From Prasinococcaceae sp. CCMP 1430 (Eukaryota; Plantae; Prasinodermophyta), in NCBI GenBank assembly GCA_013416795.1, contig RQSC01000019.1, positions 277,654-329,121 of the forward strand: DNA of 51,468 nucleotides, written 5' to 3'. Shown piece by piece: positions 11,127 to 20,466 of the stretch (the first letter of the stretch is position 1; each line of letters opens with the position of its first letter). Under the pieces are notes generated by a model. It worked only from the letters and a program-made list of their open reading frames with translations. It was not told where the DNA came from and did no database searches. The position numbers and the translations under genes are program-made.

Positions 11127-12524
11127 GGCTGCTCCGGCTGCTCCGGCTGCTCCGGCTGCTCCGGCTGCGTCAGGATGGGCCGCAGCTGTGGTGACTGCGG
11201 CGACGGCGGCTCCAGCTGATGCTCAAACAGCAGCCGGCCCGCTGGCACCGTCGGCTCAGCGAGCGCGACCTGTGCCTGTGCGTCCTTTCGAGGGCCATCC
11301 ACTTGTGAATTCGAGCTGGAGCACCTGGCGTGCGCGTCGCGCATCTCTTTCAGCTCTCCCATGAGCTCGGTGTACATGGCCTCGAGCGACTCGCCAAGCG
11401 TTCGATTGCTCTGCTTGAGCTCGCTCAGACACGTACGGAATGGCGAGGTACCATTGGGGCCGCCAGCCGCGTTGCTGTCGGTGGCAGGACCGGTGCCAGC
11501 GAGCACTGGCGAGGTGTTGGCGTCACCCGCGGCTGTGATGACGTTGTCCGCGCGCACGCGTGCACGCGCGTGCTCCTCCTCCCCCCCCTCGAGCTCAGCC
11601 TTGCGCTCACGCGCAAGCTCTCGCTCTCGCTGCCTGGTGAGCCTCTTGTTGAGACGTTTGTGAAATCGACGCACGCGTTTGGCCTCTGAGCCAGAGGGAA
11701 TCCCGACACCGCGCCCCTCGTTGGTGTACCAGCGCGCCACGCCAACAAGCGCCGCCGGTGCCATCGAGTCTGGCGAGTGGGCGGCGGCCCACTGTCGCTG
11801 GCGTTCGCGCTGGCGGTGCGCGGTGCTGCCAATGGGCGCGTATGGCGCCGCGAACTCGACGTCCGGCTCGTCTGACGAGCCATTGTCGGAGGATGCGCTG
11901 CCGGAGCCACTAGACGCAGGCGTGTCGTCCAAGTCGGGCTGCGCGCGCGAGAGGGTGGGGCGGATGCGTGCGGTTGCGGTCCGGGTGGGGGTTGCGGGAG
12001 GGAGGCCATCAGTCAGAGGCCGCCGCAGATGGCGCACGACAAGGCACACGTTCCCAATCGCGCCAGCGTGATGCGTGCGTTGCGTAGGGAGGGGCCATGC
12101 GCGTCCATGCGTGCCCACGTTTTGGTTTTGCGTGCACACGCAGGGGCGCGGGCGCGCAGGCGCTGGCACGCACCGGCTCGGGTCCATCGTAGGCGCGCGC
12201 TAAGCGACGCGCGACACGTTCGGCGCGCTCGACGACACCGCGCGCCCCTCCCTTCCGTACGGATGATGTGATCGCTGCCTCGTCGAGCGTCACGTGCCCG
12301 CCGATATACCTCTCCGCCTGCTCGACATTCGCGTACATGTCGAGCGCTGCGTCGAGGGTCGGGTCGATTCGGCGCATGCGCGCACGTGCGCGTGTGTGCA
12401 GAGGCGGGCCGGCCGACAGGTACGTCGCCGCTCGCGCGCGTGCGCGCATGCGCGCGGCCTCGGCCTTGTGCCCTGCCGAGAAAGATGGCACCGGGTGTGT
12501 GCTGCTGCCGCGGCCGCGCGCCAT
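10082..12524 (-). CDS. Hypothetical low-complexity protein; probable join(12524..12174,11938..10082)
   Basis: Long ORF with poly-Q and EQP repeats. A phase-0 intron 12173-11939 (GTGCGT...CTGAC...GCAG) links it to an upstream ATG exon. No family recognised. Confidence 0.55.
11088..11168 (-). repeat. Coding (CAG)n and (GAGCAGCCG)n repeats encoding EQPEQP...QQQQ
   Basis: Read directly from the sequence. Confidence 0.85.
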
Positions 12525-13292
12525 CGTCCCTCGCCCCGCCCGGCTGGCCCGCGGCCTTACCCGCGCGGCAGTGCCTGGGCCGCGAGCGCGCGCCCCGCGC
12601 TGCAGTGGCGCAGGGGTGGCGCGACCCTCGCTGCGGTCCCCCCCCCACCCCCCAGCCCCGGCCTCGGGGAACGCACACAGTTGGCAACTGTTGGGCGCGC
12701 AATCGCGCCCGGGCACTTTTGCGCGCTCATCTCCACGATTCCGTGCCGGGACGCAGCCGCTCTCTCCTTCGCCCCCGCGCGCCTCCGCCGCTTCCGCGGC
12801 TGGCGCTCCGCGATTTCGAAACGTCCATCAGATGGCTCTCTCCGCCCGCCGCTGCGCGCAGCGGCGTCGGCGTGTTCACAACGGCAACGGAACGGAACGG
12901 AAGCGGCGTGCGGCGAAAAAAAAAAAAAAAAGGGCGCGGTGGCCGTTCGATCGAGGGTCCGCGGCTGGGCTCGCGCGCGCCCCGCCCGCCGCGCCGTCGC
13001 TGGCCGGCGGGCAGGCCGCGACTGAGCGAAACATTGGCCCGCCGCCGTCGCGCGCGCTCGCGCCCCCCTGCCCGCCCCAACCAACCATCAGACAGAAAAA
13101 CAGCGCTCTGCTTGTTTGGTTGGTGGCCTGCTGTTTGTTGGTGCGCGCGCCGCCGCCGCGCGCGCTCCGCCTCGCGGTGCGGAGATCTCGGTGCGCGCGG
13201 ATCTGGATCTGTCCCCCCACCGTCCCCGCGGCGAGGGGACGGAGCGATGCTGCGGGCCGCGGCGCCATGCGCGGGACCGCGACCGCGGAAAC

Positions 13293-15068
13293 ATGCGCAA
13301 TGTCATGGGCGAAATGGTGCATCTGACGCACGTTGTATCAATGAATAACATGTATTTCTCCAAAACACACGGTATTATGCCCAATCACCGTCACGTGCGC
13401 GTCGCCTGCCGAAATGCGTCCGCGGGAAGTTGCGAGGCGAGGAGGCCGGGAAAAAGCGGCGAGGGTCTGCGCGCGATCCGCTCGGCGGCCGCAGCAGCGG
13501 TCGGCAGCTTCGCCGCCGACGTTGCCGGCGGCGACGCCGTGCGCGTGCGCTTCGCGCCCTCGCCGACCGGCAACCTGCACGTCGGCGGCGCGCGCACGGC
13601 GCTCTTCAACTGGCTGCTCGCCCGCCAGCTCGGCGGCAAGTTCGTGCTGCGCGTCGAGGACACCGACCAGGCGCGCTCGACCAAGGAGTCGGAGGAGGCC
13701 GTGCTGCGCGACCTCAAGTGGCTGGGGCTCGACTGGGACGAGGGGCCGGACGTGGGCGGCGACTACGGCCCGTACCGCCAGACCGAGCGCGCAGACATCT
13801 ACAAGGAGTACGTCGACCGCCTCGTGTCCGAGGGCAAGGCCTACCCGTGCTTCTGCACCGACGAGGAGCTCGAGAAGATGCGCGCCGAGGCCGAGGCCAA
13901 CAAGCTGCCGCCCATCTACCGTGGGCCGTGGGCGACCGCGTCCAAGGAGGAGGTGGACGCCAAGCTCGCCGAGGGCGCGCCGTGCACCTACCGCTTCCGC
14001 GTCCCCAAGGACGAGACCGTCACTATCAGTGACCTCGTGCGCGGCGACGTCAGCTGGTCGACCAACACGCTGGGCGACTTCATCATCCTGCGCTCCAACG
14101 GCCTGCCGGTGTACAACTTCTGCGTGGCGGTGGACGACGCCACGATGGGCATCACGCACGTGCTGCGCGCGGAGGAGCACCTCCCCAACACGCTGCGCCA
14201 GGCGCTCATCTACGACGCGCTCGGATTCGCGCAGCCCGTCTTCGGCCACGTCAGCCTCATCCTCGCGCCCGACCGCTCAAAGCTCTCGAAGCGCCACGGC
14301 GCGACGTCCGTCGGCCAGTTCGCCGAGATGGGCTACCTGCCCGAGGCCATGGTGAACTTCCTCGCCGCGCTGGGCTGGAACGACGGCACGGAGAAAGAGG
14401 TGTACACCGTGCAGGAGCTCATCGAGGGCTTCGGCGTCGACCGCGTCACCAAGAGTGCCGCCGTCTTCGACAACGCCAAGCTCAACTGGATGAACGGTGA
14501 GCACCTCAAGCTCAAGCCCGACGCGGAGAGGCTCGCCCTCATGGGCGAGCGCTGGGCGGAGGCGGGGCTGCTCACGGCCGACGCGGCGACGGGACCAGTC
14601 GGCGAGGCCTGCGTGCCGCTCGTCGAGAGCGGCATGGAGCTCGTCGCCGACTGCGTGCCCGAGCTCGCCTCCATCCTCGCGTACCCGCTGGAGGAGACGT
14701 GCGCGAGCGACAAGGCCAAGGCCTTCGTGGAGGACGGGCTGGGCGACGTCGCGCGGTACGTGGTGGCCGCGCACGAGTCGGGTGAGCTGGGCAAGGCCAT
14801 CGAGGAGTCCACTATGAAGGCGTGGATCAAGGCCGCGGGCAAGGAGATGGACCGCAAGGGAAAGCGGCTCTTCATGCCCCTGCGCATCGTGCTCACCGGC
14901 TCGATGCAAGGGCCGGACGTGGCGCAGCAGGTGGCGATGATCGCGCTGGCAGAGAAGGAGGGTGCGGTTGCGGAGGGCGCGGACTTCAAGGGCGTCGGAG
15001 CGCGCATGGAGGCCCTCAAGGCCTGGGCGGAGACCCAGCCTGTCCACGAGGCCGTCGCCGCCGCGTGA
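13293..15068 (+). CDS. gltX: Organellar (plastid/mitochondrial) glutamyl-tRNA synthetase; start uncertain
   Basis: VRVRFAPSPTGNLHVGG (HIGH), RVEDTDQAR, YNFCVAVDD, KLSKRHG (KMSKS), anticodon domain KGKRLFMPLR. N-terminal transit-like extension. Confidence 0.95.
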   Translation: MRNVMGEMVHLTHVVSMNNMYFSKTHGIMPNHRHVRVACRNASAGSCEARRPGKSGEGLRAIRSAAAAAVGSFAADVAGGDAVRVRFAPSPTGNLHVGGARTALFNWLLARQLGGKFVLRVEDTDQARSTKESEEAVLRDLKWLGLDWDEGPDVGGDYGPYRQTERADIYKEYVDRLVSEGKAYPCFCTDEELEKMRAEAEANKLPPIYRGPWATASKEEVDAKLAEGAPCTYRFRVPKDETVTISDLVRGDVSWSTNTLGDFIILRSNGLPVYNFCVAVDDATMGITHVLRAEEHLPNTLRQALIYDALGFAQPVFGHVSLILAPDRSKLSKRHGATSVGQFAEMGYLPEAMVNFLAALGWNDGTEKEVYTVQELIEGFGVDRVTKSAAVFDNAKLNWMNGEHLKLKPDAERLALMGERWAEAGLLTADAATGPVGEACVPLVESGMELVADCVPELASILAYPLEETCASDKAKAFVEDGLGDVARYVVAAHESGELGKAIEESTMKAWIKAAGKEMDRKGKRLFMPLRIVLTGSMQGPDVAQQVAMIALAEKEGAVAEGADFKGVGARMEALKAWAETQPVHEAVAAA

Positions 15069-15170
15069 GTTTTTTCCCCTCCCCAACCTGCCTGGCGCTT
15101 CAGGATACACCCCATTGTAATTACGCTGGCGGCAGATTGATTACGAAGTACTGCCGCGTCGCGCCCGTCC

Positions 15171-15749
15171 TCAGTCCAGCTCGGGCCCTGCAGGCATGGG
15201 CACCTCCTGCGGCTGTGGCTGCGGCTGCGGGGCGGCCTCGCCCGCGCCCGCGTCAGCACCCGCGTCGGTGACCCCCTCGCCGCGCGCCTCCATCTTGGCG
15301 CGCTTGGCGTTGGCGCGCGCCCTCTCCTTGGACATTTTCTGTCTCTGCCGTTTCTTCTGGTTCTTCTTGAGCCGTGCCTCGTCCTGCTCCTCGCGCTTCG
15401 CCTGCGCGGCTGCAAAGTCCGCCCTCGCGACGGCATCGGCCGCCTCTTGCTCCATCGCCTTGACCCGTGCTTCCTCGAGCCGCCGGTGCTTGTTGTACAG
15501 CGCGTGCGCGCCCGAGCCCTGGCCAGCCGTGGAGCCCGTATTGGAGGCGAAGCGCGTCGCCACCGTGTCGTTGATGTGCTTGAGCTTACGTTCGAGCTCC
15601 TCCGGCGTCAGCTGCGTCTTCGCCGCGCCGGGCACCGCCCCCGCGCCGCCGCTCGCTGCGAGCACCAGCTGCCGGTCGGCGATGCCCGCGCCCGGCGTCG
15701 AGCCATGCAGCACGAGCGCGTGCGTCGCGTCATCGCTTCCGCTCGTCAT
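15171..15749 (-). CDS. PRKRIP1-like (DUF1168) protein
   Basis: STAGQGSGAHALYNKHRRLEEARVKAME matches the SSAGAGSGEFHVYR pattern, followed by a basic coiled coil (KKNQKKRQRQK). Confidence 0.8.
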   Translation of the reverse strand: MTSGSDDATHALVLHGSTPGAGIADRQLVLAASGGAGAVPGAAKTQLTPEELERKLKHINDTVATRFASNTGSTAGQGSGAHALYNKHRRLEEARVKAMEQEAADAVARADFAAAQAKREEQDEARLKKNQKKRQRQKMSKERARANAKRAKMEARGEGVTDAGADAGAGEAAPQPQPQPQEVPMPAGPELD

Positions 15750-16207
15750 CGCGGCGCACGCGCGCGCACGCGCCCCGCCCGCCCCGCCGCCTGCTTTTTG
15801 ATGGCGATTCGCGCCGCGCGAAACAGTTATTACGCCGCCTCGCCCCGCGCGCCGCGGCGGTGAACAGCCCTCGCCGCCGCCGCCGCACCCGTCGCCCCTC
15901 GCTGCGCCGCCTCGCGGGCGCCGTCTGGCACGCGGGTGAGGGCGCGCGCGCGCACGCGCCCTGCCGCCACTCATACACATACCATTTCTAAATCGCGACA
16001 AGATCTTTCGCCGGGAGTCAGAGCGGAAATTCGGACGCATTGGCGGCCGCGCGCGGCGCAGCGCGGCGCGGCGGAGCAGGCGGAGCGACCCGCGGGTCCA
16101 CCCCGCCCACACGGCACGACGCGAGCTACCCGGGCACGCGACCCCGCGGCGTGGCCGCGGGGCTCCAATCTGCCGCCTGCACTTTGCCTCACGCGTCGCG
16201 CGCGAAG

Positions 16208-17185
16208 ATGGCCAACATATTTCGAGGACGGCTGCAGCGCACCGAGGGCGCATACTTCGCCAAAAAGGAGCGCACTGCCGTCGGCGAGGCTGCCGAGAAG
16301 CTACGCGAGGCGGCGGGTGCTAATGCTGCGCGCGTGGCGGCTGCCAACGCCGCGCGCACGGCCAAGGCACCCACCGTGGACATTCTCCCCGAGGTGATGG
16401 GGCATAGCCGCGTCTTCCGCGTGCCGGAAACAGATGCGCCCGACATCAGGAAGATGCTGGGCCTAGACGCGGGGCCGGGCGACGCGGCTGGCGAAGCAGC
16501 ACGACACGACAGGCTCAAGGAGGCCGCACGTAAGGGCAAGGAGGAGGGCCTGGCGTACTACGCGCGCAAGCGCGAGCTCAGCGCCGAACAGCGTGCACTT
16601 GCCGAGTACCGAGCAACCGCGCCGCTGCGCGTCGCCGCCAGGGCGTTTTTCTGGGGCACCGCGCTCGCTATCGGCTCCTTCAGCTGCGCCATCGGCGCGT
16701 TCTGCTCGTACTACGGCATCGGCTCCATCGAGCAGATGCAAGCCTGGACAGACAACGAATTGAGACCTTGGGCAAGAGCCACCATCAGCGTCCCGCTCGG
16801 CGTCGCGCACGTCGTTGACGAGGAAGACGAAGCTTGGGTGGCGGGGCTGGAGATGGAAGAGGAGGAGAGGGCACGGGCACGGGCGCAGGCGCAGCAGCAG
16901 CAACAGCAGCAAGCGCAACAGCAGCAGCAGCATGGGGCGGTTCACAACGAGGCGGTTCCGACGCCTCCTGCATGGAGGCCTCACGGCAGCACGGGGGAGA
17001 GAGTACAGAGAGTACAGATGCGCAAGTCTGAGACGCTGAACGCCAAGGCGGCCGAGATCAAGAGCTTCTTCCGCAGTGCGCTCGGGGTCAAGGCGCCCGC
17101 GGATGCCGAGCCATCCGAGGACGGTAAGGGCGATGCCGCTGGCAAGCCTCAGTATAGTGGGAGGATGTTCAGCGCGCGCGAGTGA
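16208..17185 (+). CDS. Hypothetical membrane protein with an IF1-like N-terminal motif and a TMEM242-like hydrophobic segment
   Basis: ATG 16208, TGA 17183-17185. Motifs FRGRLQRTEGAYF and VAARAFFWGTALAIGSFSCAIGAF...GIGSIEQM. Family assignment is speculative. Confidence 0.6.
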   Translation: MANIFRGRLQRTEGAYFAKKERTAVGEAAEKLREAAGANAARVAAANAARTAKAPTVDILPEVMGHSRVFRVPETDAPDIRKMLGLDAGPGDAAGEAARHDRLKEAARKGKEEGLAYYARKRELSAEQRALAEYRATAPLRVAARAFFWGTALAIGSFSCAIGAFCSYYGIGSIEQMQAWTDNELRPWARATISVPLGVAHVVDEEDEAWVAGLEMEEEERARARAQAQQQQQQQAQQQQQHGAVHNEAVPTPPAWRPHGSTGERVQRVQMRKSETLNAKAAEIKSFFRSALGVKAPADAEPSEDGKGDAAGKPQYSGRMFSARE

Positions 17186-17231
17186 TTCGGGCCATGTGGT
17201 CAACAGGAGCGGTGTTGTCTGTAATGTCTGA

Positions 17232-18590
17232 TTAGAAGCTAGGGCTCCACCTGAGGCCTGGGGACGCGAGCAATGCCTCGCGCGCAGCGAGGTATGTTCG
17301 TGCGCGGGGGTGCTCCCGCGCAGCGCGGCGCGTCAGCTCGCCACCGCCGTAAAGCGCACGCCTGCTCACGGCCGCGGGCTTGCCGCTCGCCGAGAGCGAC
17401 AGGCCGCTCCTACCGTCGATGTGCTCAGCGCACGAGTCGCCCTCCGCCCACGCGAGGGCTCCGACGCTATCGAAGCAAGCGCCTTCGTCGGGCAGGTCAC
17501 CGGCGTCCTGCACGACAGAGGTGCACATCAGCGCTGGGCATCCCGGGGGCTCAAACTTGGCGACGGCGTCGGCGCCCACCCCCCTGTATCGCCGTGCGAA
17601 ACCCTTGCTGCGGCAGCACAGCGCACGCCGCAGGGCGGCCGCATGGAATTTGCGCCCGACGGTCACGCTCGCGGGCCGCACGGGCTCGAGCTCAGCGCTC
17701 AGCGCCGCCCCCTGCAGCCCGAGCGCACACCATATCATCAGCTTGTCACTGCACGTCAGCGTGGAGCCTAGCCCCACCCCGAGCGGCGCGCATCCCGGTG
17801 GTACCGCCGGGCCGAAGTCCTGTTGAGATGCTACCGCCGCGGCCGACGCGCAAGCTTCATGGTTGCCATCGGCAGGCGCTCCTGCATTCGGAGCGGTCGT
17901 TGCCGCCAGCGCTGCGGCCGCTGTGCCGTCACGTTTCGCGAGCATCGCGACCTGGCCGTCCTTCGCGGCCGAAAGGAAGAGCTTCGGATGCGCCTCCACG
18001 GGCCAGCCGAACGCTCCGAGGTCCTCTCGAAAGGTCTCCTTGGCGCCCTTGGCCCACTGCCGCACGCACGCATTGCCGCACGGCGCTGCGCTGATGTACA
18101 TGTGCAAGTGCGCGCCCGCGCGCAGCTGGTACAGAGGCGGCGAAGCGTCGCCGTCGTCGCTCACGCACTGCTCGAGAGCGCACGCCGTATCGCCTGCCCT
18201 CACTAGCACCAGCTGCGCCCTGAGCCAGCGCAACAGCGCGCGGCGTGCGAGCACCTCTGCGTGGCAGTCTCGGACGGCCTCCCCAGCCGCCGTGGCGGCG
18301 CGCTTGGCGGCGTCGGAGAGGAACTTGGTGCCCTCGCCGATGGCGACCGCGCGGAGTACCCCGTCCGCTTGCAGAACAAATCCCGCAACCACAGTCTGCC
18401 CTCTCGGCGCCACGTCCTCGGCGCGCTCGCCCGCCGACAGGCCTCTCAGCGCCTCCCAGCGTGCGAGCGCGCAGCGCGCGACCGCGTCCGCGAGCGCACA
18501 GCTCGAGCGGCGTCGCGACGCCTGCTCTGCGTAGCGCCGGGGCGGTGGCCGTGGCGGTGGCGCAGCATTAAAGGCCGCGCCCCCCTCCAT
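17232..18590 (-). CDS. ADAT1/ADAR-type adenosine deaminase (A_deamin domain only)
   Basis: RDCHAEVLARRALLRWL (HAE), YISAAPCGNAC (PCG), TCSDKLMIW, GLQGAALS. No dsRNA-binding domain seen. Confidence 0.88.
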   Translation of the reverse strand: MEGGAAFNAAPPPRPPPRRYAEQASRRRSSCALADAVARCALARWEALRGLSAGERAEDVAPRGQTVVAGFVLQADGVLRAVAIGEGTKFLSDAAKRAATAAGEAVRDCHAEVLARRALLRWLRAQLVLVRAGDTACALEQCVSDDGDASPPLYQLRAGAHLHMYISAAPCGNACVRQWAKGAKETFREDLGAFGWPVEAHPKLFLSAAKDGQVAMLAKRDGTAAAALAATTAPNAGAPADGNHEACASAAAVASQQDFGPAVPPGCAPLGVGLGSTLTCSDKLMIWCALGLQGAALSAELEPVRPASVTVGRKFHAAALRRALCCRSKGFARRYRGVGADAVAKFEPPGCPALMCTSVVQDAGDLPDEGACFDSVGALAWAEGDSCAEHIDGRSGLSLSASGKPAAVSRRALYGGGELTRRAAREHPRARTYLAAREALLASPGLRWSPSF

Positions 18591-18864
18591 CCGGCCGGCG
18601 GGGCCCGTTACCGCGGCCTGCGCTCCCCCTCTTGCATCGCCCCACGGGCGCCGCCGCGCCCGCGCCCTGTGCCGACCTCGCTCCCCGTCCAACGCACGGC
18701 GTCTGCGGGGTTGTGCCACACAGCTGCCCACGCACTCGCGCACACATTTCAAGCCCCAGCACAAAGGCAGCGGCGATGCAAATGGAGCGCTAGCGCTGCT
18801 CGGAGAGAGGGCACGGGCGGGCGGGGAGGGTCGGGCGCTCAGACGGCAGGTGCCGGCGGCTGGG

Positions 18865-20418
18865 ATGGCGCCCACGCCGGCGGGCGACGTCGTCGGACCC
18901 GCCAACACAAACCGAGACGCAAGCGGCGAAGCCGGCACTGTCGGTTACAGCGGCGCCGAGCTCGAGGCGGCAGCTGAGGCGTCCACGCGCACAGCACTCG
19001 AGGACGCGCTGGAATGTGCGCTGGCGGATGTGTGCGGGGAGGCGTGCAGCGGGAGCGCCGCGCGTGCGCTCGCGCGCCGCGCGCTGCGCCGGGCTCCCAA
19101 GCCGCAAGGCTGGGACTACGAGTTTCCGGCGGTGCGCGGACTCTTCATGAAGCTGCGCGCCGCGTCCGCGGCAGCTGCGTCGACAGATACAAACACGGCG
19201 GACACTGCCGCCAGGTCCACGGCGGTCGCCAGCATCACCGTGCGGCACGCCGAGAGCGAGTTCGGCCCGTCGAAGGAGGTGACGTACGCGACGGCGCATG
19301 CGCTCGCGAGCGACGTTGCCGGCGCACTTGAGGGTGTGTCCGCCGTCCTCGCGCGGGTCGCAGTGGACGAGCGCTGCGTGCTGCTGCTTACGACGACGCT
19401 GCAGCAAGAGCGCCAGCGTGCGATGGGGCGGTTGCCGTGTGCGGCGTGCGGACGCTTCTTCAACGGGTACCGCGGTCTTCGCTGGCACCAGCAAATCTCG
19501 CATGGCGAGAACTACGCCGAAGCTGTGGCCGTCGCCGCCAACGCCAGCAACATGCAACTCGCTTGCGCGCCGCATCACGAGCGCTCCGCGACCGCAAATG
19601 CGCTCCGCGCGCGCTGGGAGGGCACGGAGCGCGAGAGAAGGGCGCGGCGCCTGGCGCTGCCTGCTGGGGCGGCCGCCGCGCGCGCAGGGGACTGCGACGC
19701 GCTGCGTGGACTCGCGATGGCCTCCGGTGGCGGCGCGGACGGCTGGGCTTTCGCCGCCGAGCAGGACTGCGTCCACTGGGCTGCAGGCGAGGGGCACGTC
19801 CACGCGCTGCGGGTGCTCATAGAGGAGGGTGGCTGCGCGCCTGATGGTGTGCAGCGCGCGGCGGGCAGCGTCGGCCGCACGCCGCTGCACTGGGCCGCAC
19901 GAAATGGACACGTAGGGGCGCTTCGCTACCTCTGCGGGGACGCACTCGACGCCGCAGACGCGTCAGTAGGACGACCGAAGTGCAATCCGAACGCCGCCAC
20001 ACCCGATGGGACCACGCCGCTGATGCTGGCAGTGTGGAAGGGACATCGCCGCGCTGCAGACTATCTCATCAGCGCCGGCGCCGACCTGCACGCGCTCAAT
20101 CGCTTCGGATGCAATGCAGCGCAATGGGCGGCGCAGGCCGGCGACGTGGGCATGTGTGCGTGGCTCCGCAAGCGAGGCCTGGACATGCGCGTCATCAACC
20201 ACAACGGCCACTCGGCGTTGCACAAGGCTGCGCAGAAGCAGCAGCGCGAGGTGTGCGAGTGGCTGGTGACCAAGTGCGGCCTCGGCCTCGAGCACATGCG
20301 CCCCGACTCGCACGACAGCAGCACGCCGGGCGACCTTGCGAGAGCCGAGGGCGCCACAGCGCTCGCAGACTGGCTCGACGAGCAGAGGCGCACTCTCGCC
20401 GGCGGAGGCACCCCCTGA
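18865..20418 (+). CDS. Ankyrin-repeat protein with a C2H2 zinc finger
   Basis: C2H2 PCAACGRFFNGYRGLRWHQQISH. Ankyrin repeats VHWAAGEGH, TPLHWAARNGH, TPLMLAVWKGH, NAAQWAAQAGD, SALHKAAQK. Confidence 0.85.
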   Translation: MAPTPAGDVVGPANTNRDASGEAGTVGYSGAELEAAAEASTRTALEDALECALADVCGEACSGSAARALARRALRRAPKPQGWDYEFPAVRGLFMKLRAASAAAASTDTNTADTAARSTAVASITVRHAESEFGPSKEVTYATAHALASDVAGALEGVSAVLARVAVDERCVLLLTTTLQQERQRAMGRLPCAACGRFFNGYRGLRWHQQISHGENYAEAVAVAANASNMQLACAPHHERSATANALRARWEGTERERRARRLALPAGAAAARAGDCDALRGLAMASGGGADGWAFAAEQDCVHWAAGEGHVHALRVLIEEGGCAPDGVQRAAGSVGRTPLHWAARNGHVGALRYLCGDALDAADASVGRPKCNPNAATPDGTTPLMLAVWKGHRRAADYLISAGADLHALNRFGCNAAQWAAQAGDVGMCAWLRKRGLDMRVINHNGHSALHKAAQKQQREVCEWLVTKCGLGLEHMRPDSHDSSTPGDLARAEGATALADWLDEQRRTLAGGGTP

Positions 20419-20466
20419 AATGTACACAAACTACATATGTAACAACATGTACGCGCTTGCACCCGC

